64,000 nt of DNA, from assembly GCF_001447785.1 (NCBI RefSeq), contig NW_015164247.1, positions 154,600 through 218,599 on the forward strand, in the 5' to 3' direction. Below the pieces are notes generated by a model. That model did not search any database and was not told the origin of the DNA. It worked only from the letters and a program-made list of their open reading frames with translations. How positions within the stretch are numbered: position 1 is the first letter of the stretch; the number at the start of each line of letters is the position of its first letter. Shown here in pieces: positions 45,701 to 64,000 of the stretch. Position numbers and translations under genes: made by a program. The stretch is from Gekko japonicus. Lineage: Eukaryota.

Positions 45701-47334
45701 CAAAGGTTTTCAAGGCAAGAAATGACTAGAGGTTGTTTGCCATTGCCTGCTTCTGCATAGCAACCCTGGATAGCAACCCTGGAGGTCTCCCATCCAAGTA
45801 CCAGCCAAGGCTGGCCCTGCTTAGCTTGCAAGATCAGATCAGATGGGCCCAGCCTGGAGCATCCAGGTCAGGGGCCTTGCTATTACTGTCAAGTAAACTC
45901 ATTGTGATGATGGCCAGGTGGAGTTTTTAATAGTTCAACAGAAAGCTGTTAATCGACAATTTTTCTTAGTTATGCCTGCTACTGATGCTTATAGTCTTTC
46001 AGATTTAGAGAGCGGTGTCTTTTTATTTTTTTTTTAATATATTTTGCTCTCATACCAGAAGGAAAAGAATCTAACCTTGAGTAGTGGTGTTCTGGTGAAC
46101 ATTTTTGAGCTTGGGCATGAGTCAGAGGATGGCTTCTTATAGTCATTTGGCACTTACTCAGATGTTTTTCCTAGCCTCAGTTAAGTATTAACCATGGTTT
46201 AGGATGTATCTGTACCAAACAAGTCCTGGTTAAGACTATTTCTGTACTTTCCTGTGCCCAAACTTTTGTTACTATCTGCCTATAAATGCCCTCAAGAGGC
46301 CAAGCTTAGCAAACAGAATCATGGTTTCACTGTATGGTTAAGGTGTTCATAAAGGTTAGGGCAAAAAAAAAAATCTTAACTTTGCACTAGCCATTATTAA
46401 GCATTAATTCTTCACCAGGCCTTTCACATATCTTAAACAAATGGGGACAACAGTTTCTTATAATCACAAGGTTGTTGTAAGGACGAAGACCTAGAAAGAC
46501 TGTGGAGTACTCTGAAGACATGTCGTTATTTAGATTACTTGGATAATCTACAGGTTGATGTGTCTACTAATTTATATCAGTCTACGCTGTGTGCCCATCA
46601 GTTAATTACTAGCCAAGCAGAGAAACTGTTTGACGTAATACCTGACAAAAATATGCTCACAAGCTGAAGTGGTATTCTCAAGGCTGCTATACTTAAGCAA
46701 AACAGAACTGGACTGGTCATGTCAAATCAGCCAATAAGGGTTGTGCCAGGTTGGAACTTTCACTTCAAATGCACTGGCAGTTACAAATTCTATGAGGTGA
46801 GAGTGATGTGAAGGAAATGTGCTGCTTATCACAAGTTTAACATTAAAATGGAATGAGATCTATAAACAAAACGGAATCTAAGTAGAGCTCTTCAGACAAA
46901 TAGCTTGCCTTTCAACCCACGATACAGGAATCAGGCAACTTAATTTAGTGATAACTACAAGGGAATTTCATCGACATTTTTAAAAGATGCTAATGCTTTA
47001 GGTTTTCAAATATGTATATTAGTTGTTTTTGAAAAAACTTATTATGATTAACTTGTGTTGTAAATTAGTTTCTCTAATCCTTAAATGTAGCAGTTTTTAG
47101 AATACCAGTTCAACTTTTGGCATACTTTGTCATGAATTAAATCAAATATTATATTAGTTTTGCTAATACTGAGTTTGGTTTAATAATAATTAAATTATTT
47201 ATGTTTAGTTTAATTAAATCCACTCCATACATTTTTATTTTGTTTTTGTTTTTTGTATTTTTCAAATTCAAAAAATACTGGAAAGTACAGAGTCGTACCT
47301 GTCAACCTAATTAGTAAAAATTATTTTGGAAAGT

Positions 47335-55062
<7,728 letters not shown>

Positions 55063-55634
55063 ATAGTGAATAAAACTTTTATTTTCAACTCAATTGGTTT
55101 GTGCCATTAACGGAATAAAGGAATACATATTAAGTGCTTATTGCTTGTGGAATCCGAATGGGTCTTTTAAAGTTAATATACTTCTGTTTCTGACTGAATG
55201 AAGGTACATGAAATACTTACCTGATTAGAATATATGACTGCAGTAGTAATGCCTGCCCTTTGTCTACATTGCAAGAGATTTCTGATTGCTTACACCCGTC
55301 TTGTCTTGTGTGTCGTCAACTCCTTGTGCTGGGGTCCCCAAACTTTCTGAGCCCGCAGAATTCCTTGGAATTCTGACACTGGGTGTGGTGGGTGCAATTA
55401 CCAAATGACTGCTACAAGAGAAGAGAAGAACTGGTTTTTATACCCAGCTTTTCTCTACCCTAAGGAGTCTCAAAATGACTTACAATCGCCTTCCCTTCCT
55501 CTCCCCACAACAGGCACCTTGTAAGGTAGGTGGGGCTGAGAAAGTTATGAGAGAAACTGTGACTGGCCCAAGGTCACCCAGCAGGCTTTATGTGAAGAAA
55601 TGGGGAATCAAACCCGGTTCTCCAGATCAGAGTC

Positions 55635-56038
55635 TGTTGGAAATATGTGTGTTGCAAGGTCTAAAATTCAGTCATTATAGGGTTAATGTGTGTTTACCTT
55701 GTGTGCTGTTGTTTAGACTGACCTGGAAGGGAACCTGGCACAGAGCCAATGGGAAGAGAGCCTGGGAAACGGATGCCTATTTACCAACAATCATTGGTTA
55801 ATGCATTCAGGTGATTTCCTTCTAGGGGTCAAGAAGAAGAAGAATCTCCATTGTTGTAGACCTTGTGGTCAAAGTGTAAAGATGTAGTCTTAGGTGTCTT
55901 TGTTGTTTTATATATTTCCTGTGAACCCTTCCCCTTAGAAATAAAGATTTTTACATAGAAGAAAATGCCTGCTCTCCAGTGAAGCAAAGATCCATTGCAA
56001 TCTCTGAATATTTAACTATTTTGCCAATTTTTCCAACA
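55635..56038 (+). mobile_element. Solo LTR (404 bp) inserted in a SINE
   Basis: TGTTGGAAA...TTTCCAACA termini; 5-bp TSD GAGTC (55630-55634, 56039-56043); internal TATA-like tract and AATAAA (55940); host SINE (55419-56071, minus) resumes exactly after the TSD. Confidence 0.8.
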
Positions 56039-56659
56039 GAGTCCACTGCTCTCAACCACTACACCACGTTGGCAAGAGGCACAGCCAACCACAAAACATT
56101 TGCCATGGGATGCAGAGCCACCCACAAAATGTCAGGGAGTGAAGCTGTGCATAACTCTAACTTTTCAACATTTCAGGCAGAAGGTCTCGCTTGGACATCA
56201 TATGCGAGAGGTGGAATTTGCCTCTACGAGTCCAAGGCCAACCCCGGGGCTCAGGGAGGAAGAGAACGTTTCGCCCCGCCCCCTGCAGGCATTGCAGCTG
56301 CTGCCAAGAACAGCGGTGGCGGCCATAACTTTTTAAGGAGCCCCGAAGGAGAGCTGGGGGAGCCAGAATGACCTCTCACGTGTGATGTCCAAGCGGCAAC
56401 GTGAGAGGTGGAATTTGCCCCTACGTGTCCAAGGCCCCCACTGCACTGCGGTGGCAAAAGCAATTAAAAAAAATCTGTACAGACAATCAAATCTCCACGG
56501 GCTAGTCAGAAGCTTTGCTGTTCAAAAAGCCCCACCAGGGCTGCTGAGATGTCATTCTGGGTGACGTAATTGCAGTGCGCGTGCAAATTGCACACACCGG
56601 AAGGTCCCAGCCAGCAGCCTGAAGCCCCTTGCCGGAAGCAAGGTAGGACCTGGCAACCC

Positions 56660-58556
56660 TATAACCACCCTATCACTAAATTCAGCCACTGTACCAAAAG
56701 ACTGGAAAGTAGCAAATATTATATCAATTTTTAAAAAGGAATCCAGTGGGGAATCAGGAATTATAGGCCAGTCAGCCTAACGTCTGTCCCAGGCAAAGTA
56801 GTAGAAACTGTAATCAAAGATATAATTGTTAGGCACATTGAGGGACAAAGCCTGCTGAGGAAAAATCAGCATGGCTTCTGCAAAGGGAAGTCCTGCCTCG
56901 CCAACCTTTTTGAGAAACTGAATCATGTAGACAATGGTGACCTGGTAGATATTATATACCTGAACTTTCAAAAGGCTTTTGACAAGGTACCTCACCAAAG
57001 ACTCCTAAGTAAACTTAGCAGTCCTAGGATAAGAGGACAGGTTCTCTTGTGGATTAAAAACTGGTTAAATGACAGGAAGCAAAAGAGCAGGAATCAATGG
57101 ACAGTTCTTACAACTGTTCTCACAGCAGTGGGGTCCCACAAGGATCAGTATTTTGGCTGATACTATTTAATTTATTCATAAATGATTCTGGAACCAGGGG
57201 TGAATAGTGTAATGGCCAAGTCTGCAGATGACATAAAATTATTCAGGATGGTGAAGACCAAGGCTGTGAAGAGCTCCAAGATGACTTCCACATACTGCGG
57301 GTGGGTGACTGTGGCAAATGAAGTTCAGTGTTGGTTAAGTGTCAGGTGATGTACATTGGGACAAAAAATCCCAACTTCAAGGATAGGCTAATGGGGTCCG
57401 AATTTGTTGAGGCTGAGAGGGAAAAAGATATTGGGGACGTAGCAGTTAGCTCAATGAAAGTGTCAATCCAGTGTGCTGCAGTGGTGAAAAAGGCAAACTC
57501 TTGTGTTAGGGATTATTAGGAAAGGGATTGAGAATAAAGCAGCCAATATTGTAATACCCCTGACAGGGGTCATTTTGTAGAAAAATAGCTGCTGGAGCTC
57601 ATTAGCATAACTTATTAGCATATGCCACACCCCCTGACATCACCGGAAGTGTGCACCAGCCCCTCTGACAGGCAGAAGCACCTGGGATCCATTCTTCCCC
57701 CCCTCTCCCTTCGCCTCCAAGTCGGGCGAAGGAAAAGGGGAGGGGGAGGATCTCAGGTGCTTCTGCCTGACAGAGGCGGCTTCACTACAGGGAAAAGTTG
57801 AAGAGTCTGGCCTGGGTTGTTTCAGTTCAGAAAAGAGATGACTAAGGGTGAAATTATATTTATTTATTTATTTCCTTCAATTTATATCCTACCCTCCCCA
57901 CACAGCAGGTTCAGGGCGGGTTCCAACTTATAATAATCTGCTGAGTGCAGATTTACATCATAAAAACAGAATAACAAAATACATACAATAAATACAATAA
58001 AATAAGTACAGCATTAAATACTTTAAAATAAATTATACCCCAACAGACACATAAGAGTGACTCATTTGGAGGTGGAGGGGGGAGGCCAGATTGAATTGGA
58101 TATAAAATTATGCATGGGATGGAGAGAGTTGACAAAGAGAAATTTCTCTCTCTCCTAAAATAGTAGAACTCGAGGCCATCCAATGAAGCTGATGGGCAGT
58201 AGATTCAGGATGGACAAAAGGAAATAGTACTTTACAAAGAGAGTGATTAAAATGTAGAATTCGCAGCCAGAGGATGTAGTAGTGATGGCCACAGGAATAA
58301 ACAGCTTTAAAAGGGGATTAGATAGATTCATGGAAGATAAATCTATCAATGGCTACTAGCCATGATGAGTGAGGAGAACCTCCATATTCAGGGGCACTGA
58401 TCCTCTGAATCCCAGAGCCAGAGGGCAACAATCAGGGCAAGGCCTGGGCCCCTGTTGTAGGCTGTCCAGAGGAACTGGTTGGCCACTGTGTGAGACAGGA
58501 TGCTGGACTAGATAAGACTATTGGTCTGATCCAGCAGGTCTCTTTTTATGTTCTTA
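56660..58556 (+). mobile_element. CR1 LINE 3' portion (degenerate RT), with nested insertions at about 57564-57780 and 57855-58095
   Basis: Frameshifted RT motifs (NYRPVSLTSVPGK, QHGFCKGKSC, LNFQKAFDKVPH, SGVPQGSV, ADD) and a CR1-type 3' end TTCTTA. Confidence 0.85.
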
Positions 58557-58769
58557 CACTCGTCTGACACCTTTGCTAATTGGAAACCATTCTGTTTCGC
58601 TATATTATGTCCAGGCTACCTGTGGCAAACCCCCCTTTTAGAAAAACTGGCAGTAGGAGGAGGTGATGTGACAGGTCACCCGGGAGAATCGCTGACAGCA
58701 GACAATACCGACTTTGATGAAGCAAGGGTCCGACTGAGTAGTACAAGGTGTTCATGTGTAATATGGAGC

Positions 58770-59420
58770 CGGGGAGTTGCGGGCGAGGCCGGCCAGCTCT
58801 GCCTACGGGGCCTTAGCGCTTCTTTTTGGATTCTGCATGGCCCAATCAGAACAGCTCTTTACAACTTCAGCAGCATCGTGGCTCGCCGGCTCAGCCGTGG
58901 CCCCAGACGCACACAGCCCCAACCGGCCACCCGGCCAGCCAGCCAGCCAACCAGGCTGCTGGCTTCTCCCACCCGAAAGCCAGCCCCGCTGTCACCTTGT
59001 TGCTGCTCGCTGGCTGATTGGCTGCGGCGCGGCGTTCGTCAGATGAGCAGAGATCAGCCCAGCGCGAGCTAGGTGGCCTTGGCCCCGCCCCCTTCGGTGA
59101 GTCGCGGCCGGGACCGGCTCTCCTGCGGGCGCGAAGATGGCGATGCCGAGTTTGTCGGAGGTGGGCAGCTCGCTGCTGGAGAAGGCTGCCGGGAGCTCTC
59201 TGTCCCTCCTCCTGGCCGCCCTCGCCCTGAGCTTGGGGTACTTTCTTCAGGCGGGCTCTCGCAGCCGGAGACAGCCCAGCGCCGGCCAAGAGGTAGGAGT
59301 GGGTTGCCGCCTCCTTTCCCTCCTCAGCACCCCGGGGCGACTGATAAGAAGGTCGGTTGGGGGGTGAGAGAGATCGTCAGTTCCTGGCTGGGACGCCGGA
59401 GGGAAGCCTCCGGTAAGAAC
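58770..59420 (+). promoter_or_regulatory. CYP51A1 CpG-island promoter (CCAAT boxes, CRE half-site, SRE-like element, GC box)
   Basis: CCAAT 58842-58846, inverted CCAAT (ATTGG) 59017-59021, CGTCA 59037-59041, ATCAGCCCAG 59053-59062, GGCCCCGCCCC 59081-59091, all upstream of ATG 59137. Confidence 0.75.
59137..59292 (+). CDS. CYP51A1: CYP51A1 coding exon 1
   Basis: [38 protein letters not shown]...GQE; donor GAG|GTAGG; inside a CpG island. Confidence 0.88.
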
Positions 59421-62400
59421 GTGGTGGTGTGACAAGTTCAAAATGCTCTGGAGGGGGATGGCTGGTTACCAAAGCCTTGACCAGGTTGGTCCAGGCTAGC
59501 CCGGTCTCGGAAGCCACGGCGAGTCAGTCCTAGTTAGTGCTTGGGTGGGAGACCGCCCGTCAAGAAAGTCTCGGGTGGGTACAGGGAGGAAGGCAGTGGC
59601 ACCTCTGAACTTCGTTTGCCTTGAAGTCCGTAGTCAGTTGACTGTGCGACCTGACGCTGCAAATGGGGGGGGGGGGGGGGTTCCCTGCAATGCTCCCTCT
59701 AAGTTGTGGAGTCTTGTGAGCAAAAATTCTACTTTGTGAGCTACTGACATTAAAGTTGTGAGCGAGCGATTTGGCTGCTGCATAATTAGTTTGCTCTGGA
59801 GGCATCCTTCAAGAGCTAAGACAAAAAGGTGTGAGCCGGAGGCTAAAAAACTGAGCTAGCTCACACTAACTCAACTTAGCGGGAACACTGGTTCCCTGGA
59901 GCATGTGTCAGGTATTTGGCAAATGGCACTTTTTTTGTTTCTACTGTAGGTGTCTCCCAAGGAGACTTAAGCCAACATTTTAGGCGTTTAGGTGGTGGGG
60001 TGTGAAAAAAGGGGTTTTGAATGCGGGAAGGAGCCTTGCTGTTCATCAGTCTGGCCAAGGATTTGGGTGTGTGTGTGGGTGCTTAAGGGAGGAAGAGTAC
60101 TTCCTTGTGCCTTGTCTGCCTGAGGCCAAAAAAATTGTGCATTCTCATTGCACTCAGGGTGGGGATGCTATTGAGGGTGGGTTATCCTGGCTGACTGTAC
60201 CAGCAATCCTGTAAAGAGCTATAGGGCGCCTGCGTGTGCGCATTGAACTTAATGGATGAGTGGGGGGGGGGGGGGGGGTCTACATAGGATCTATGTTGAG
60301 ATGGCAGCAATCTGGGATATCCCTGCTCTGGTGGGGCAGATTAGAGGCTTGCTCAAGAAAGGGATGCAGGCAGGCTGGCTTCCCTGAAAACTGTCCATCT
60401 CTGTTTACAAAATGCTAGGATATTTTTCAGTGTGCGCAACTTGAGTGTTTGAAATGGAAGCCACTGCCAGTATTTTTGTTTCTCTTGGCTAATTAAGTCA
60501 GCCCAGAAGAGCTTGTCTTCATTGCCAGCTCTCCTCAAGATTGCCCAAATACCTGAAGGGCTTCCTTTCCTGGCTGGAAGCTCTATTGCAAGTCTAATCC
60601 ATAGGTGAAAGGCTCCGGACTTTATTCCCATGCTTGGCCCCAAGTGACCTCACTGGGCCCACTGGACTCTGCTATGTTCCCATAACTGAGGTGCTAGCCC
60701 TCATGCAGCCGTAAGTCTCTTGGGTACCATCCATGCAGTCACAGGACAATCCTGCACCTTTCTGCTGGTGTAGTGGTTAAGTGCGCAGACTCTAATCTGG
60801 GAACCAGGTTTGATTCCCCACTCCTCCACTTGCACCTGCTGGATGACCTTGGGCAAGCCATAGTTCTGTCAGAGTTGTCCTTGAAAAAGAGCAGTTTGTG
60901 TCAGAGTTCTCTCAGCCCCACCTACCTCACAGGGTGTCTGTTGTGGGGTGGGGAAGGGAAAGGAGTTTGTAAACCGCTCTGAGACTCCAAGTGAAGGGCA
61001 GGGTATAAATCCAATCTCTTCTTCTCTTCTTCTTCTGTCAGCATTTGGATGGTCCTCTGCAAAGTGTTTCCTCCCATGGAAGTAGCCCCATAACAGAAGC
61101 ACTGATTGTGTGTGGTGGGGTGTGTGTTACAACTTGTTTTGGATGGGAAGTCTCTCCCGCCCCAAGGGTGAGGCTTGCAGTTTGGGAGTATTCCTGGGTC
61201 CTGCCCTGTTTGAGAAGAAGGAAATCCATATACAATATCTGTGACAAAAATAACGAAGAGTCACTAAAGATATGTGTGCAAAATCATTTACTGTAGTAAT
61301 TCTGTAGAAAATTCTCTTCTGTTACCGCTTACACACAATGAATATTGCACAATATAAACAAATCCGCTTCACAAGAATTGCTTTATCTGAGTGTAGCAAT
61401 CACAATTCTTGGGATCTGTTGTTAGTCAACATGGGATGTTTCCTTCAAGAGTTGATAAGTAGAAATTGATAAGAATTGTGTTTGGATTTCCACCTCCTCC
61501 CGTGATCTCTCATTATTGGCTTCTACTGTTTGTGAAGAAGGCAGAGGAGACGTTCTGGAGTGTATTTCATCAGTTTAAGCTGATAGGTCAACAGCTTTTT
61601 TATTGCTACTTTTATTTTATCTTATACTCAGGGCTATTTTTGGGCAGGAACGTACAGGAATGGAGTTCCGGCTGGCTCCACGCCCACACAGCCAAAACCT
61701 CTGTGTGCGTGGCTACAGAGGGAAGGCCTGGAGAGCGACCTGCCCCATGACTCCAAGGCGGGCAGGCCAGGGGGGGCCCTGGAAGGATCAGCACTCCCCA
61801 GCCTGTCCAATTTTAAACTGCCTTCCCTTCCTGGGGGGGCTTGCCCTGCGGGGCACCTGGGCAAGCCAAGGGAAGGCATAGGGTGTTGCCTAATATGCTA
61901 ATAAGATGTGTTGTCGGGGTGTGGCCTAATATGCTAATGAGTTTCTGCTGTTGGGTGTTGCCTATTATGCTAATGAGTTCCTGCTGGGCTTTTTCTACAA
62001 AAATGTCTACTCTATGCCTATTTTGATATGATGTCTACTCTAGGCTTATTATATTTTAATTTATACTTTTTGTTAGCTGCTTCAAATGCCACTTTAACAG
62101 TAGAAAGGTGAGACATGAATTTTCTAAATATAATCAACTAAGCTGTCAGAGCTTAAATGTTATGCTGGAACTGCAGTCTTTGTATCTACTTGTGAGTAGG
62201 CCATATGGGATTCAGTTGAACTTGTGAGTAAGTATACGCAGGAGTGGGTTGCATGGAGCATGTACGTGAATGTATAATAGTGGTACAAGTGCCCTGCTTC
62301 CCTTAGCAGTGATGAGTTTCAGGGACAGAGCTACAATGGTTGGTTTCCTTTGGATGAGGGGACTTGAAAGCTTATGATGCTGGGTACTATTTGCTTTCTG

Positions 62401-63517
62401 TACACATTTACTAGTACAGTGTAGAAAAAGAGGCAGCAGATCTACCAGCTCACAGCTTGTGTTCTCACTTGTGTCCCGAGCTCGAAGTCCAAATGATCCC
62501 TCTTGTCTCTCTTACTGGTCTGCTCGTCTTCTCTCAGGTGGGATGGATCACCTTTTTGAAGCTCTCCAAGGTACTTGAGAACAGAGCTATTAGGAGGCTA
62601 TCTCTTAATGCCTATTTTTTCGCTGCAGTTAGTTGAAGTTATAAGCGAAAAGATTAATTTTAAGATTTAAATGTATCAGGATGAGTATAATAAATTTAAT
62701 TTGTTTTTGATTTCATATTAGTGAAATTTTGAGTGTTTACAGAGCTCGTCAAACATGGTAAAAATAAGCCAAATTCCAAACTATGTTCAAGATGACACTG
62801 AAGTATTCATATGCCTCATGTAGGTCAAACTTGTATAGAGACAATATATAGCCAAAAAGTAAGCATGACCTAATGTCTCCTAGAAGTCATACTGTGGTGG
62901 AAACGTTTTGTAAATTAGCTTTTCTGGCTTTTAATCAACTTCCCAATATGTTGCATTTTGTGTATTCATATACAGGCATTTTTTAAAATCCCCAATCTTA
63001 AATGTATACATAGATCCAGTGGTACACAGGGTAGCTTAAGAAATTCTAGCTATAGTAGCAGGACCTTGGATGGAGCAAGACAATTATGCTTTGCTACCTG
63101 TCTCATTTTAAGGAAATTAACGTTCTCAAGCATGCTGGTTAGTGTTGGTGCTGCTGTTACTATCATGGATTAAATAGGTTGTGCCTGTTCTTTCCCATGG
63201 GCCACACCCTATCTATGCTCACTTCTGTCCTACTACAGGTAATAATGATTGTTGGTTGTTTTGATTATTGTCTGACTACCATACCCACTGGGCAGATTGC
63301 AACTGGTTATTATTTTTCTTAAGCCTCCAGTCATGATTTATACTTAGGCTGAAAAGCTCTTGGGCATGCAGCCTAGTGTGATGCCATATTATTAAAAACA
63401 TTTTTTTTCCTTCTGCAGAAATATCCTCCTTTTATATCATCAAACATTCCCTTTCTGGGACATGCAGTTTCATTTGGGAAAAGTCCAATTGAATTTTTAG
63501 AAAATGCCTATGAAAAG
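59137..63517 (+). CDS. CYP51A1: CYP51A1 lanosterol 14-alpha demethylase, partial (coding exons 1-2; continues beyond window)
   Basis: join(59137..59292,63419..63517). Exon 1 has a Kozak AAGATGG start and a hydrophobic membrane anchor; exon 2 [33 protein letters not shown] is the characteristic CYP51 proline-rich hinge; both junctions phase 0. Confidence 0.93.
59688..59890. mobile_element. hAT-type MITE (203 bp); second copy in opposite orientation at 19869-20074
   Basis: TIRs CAATGCTCCCTCTAAG / CAGTGTTCCCGCTAAG; perfect 8-bp TSD GTTCCCTG (59680-59687, 59891-59898). Confidence 0.85.
61629..62005. mobile_element. MITE related to the 38641 hAT element
   Basis: CAGGGCTATTTT start; right end is the reverse complement of the TAGAAAAA...CTCATTAGCATA...GCCACACCCC subterminal motif seen at 38655 and 57578. 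Confidence 0.6.
63419..63517 (+). CDS. CYP51A1: CYP51A1 coding exon 2
   Basis: 99 nt; polypyrimidine-CAG acceptor and AAG|GTGAGT donor. Confidence 0.95.
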
Positions 63518-64000
63518 GTGAGTCTTTTCCTTGATAATATTCTGTAGTAACTGAATTGCTTAGAATATTTGAGCTTCATATTGTCTTGAGTCTGAAGCAG
63601 TCAAAATAATACCAAGCATTCAAATGTCATTACAAACAAGATGTCATTATGACTAAGACCTTATAACAAGCCAGTCACTCCAAGCTTCCAAACTGTGTAC
63701 AAGCTAGTCCACTTGAGGTGAGTCAAGAGGCCAAAGAGATAAATGAAATATAAGGAGGAATTGCCCATAGCTATATATACATGCAGGTCTGTGGCAGTTC
63801 AAGATCTGAGGCACAAGTATAAAATCTTGGGCAGCAGTTAAGCCAAGAGTAATGCAAAATGGAAGCGAAATAGGAACATTGACATGTATCAGTGAGTGCT
63901 CTGCAGATACAGAAACATGTGATTTCGAGCCAGTTAAAGTGTATATTGGCAAAGTTGAAAGCAGCAGTCCAGAAATATGTGTTAACAGAAAACTGCTTAG

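Overview
Vertebrate nuclear DNA, most likely a squamate reptile and probably a gecko, judging from the Sauria, 5S-derived and Squam3-like SINEs, Bov-B and CR1. The window covers the conserved ANKIB1-KRIT1-LRRD1-CYP51A1 block. A CpG-island bidirectional promoter at about 16.2-17.5 kb drives KRIT1 (+) and, by synteny, ANKIB1 (-; only a non-coding first exon and intron 1 are here). KRIT1 is complete (16 coding exons, 2211 nt, 736 aa), LRRD1 is complete (5 coding exons, 891 aa), and the first two coding exons of CYP51A1 are present. Introns and spacers are dense with transposable elements. The most notable observations are four. (1) Two copies of one non-autonomous Helitron family: a 388-bp copy holds a single ~96-bp internal motif, while a 2035-bp copy has amplified that motif into a near-perfect 107-bp x ~9.5 tandem array and also carries duplicated MITE fragments. 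(2) A tailless 5'-half 7SK snRNA retrocopy with a 15-bp TSD, nested in a SINE in an LRRD1 intron. (3) His instead of Arg at KRIT1 residue 452, a position implicated in Rap1 binding. (4) A young hAT element carrying a CpG-rich, promoter-like interior. All comparisons to known genes and repeat families are from recall; no database search was run.
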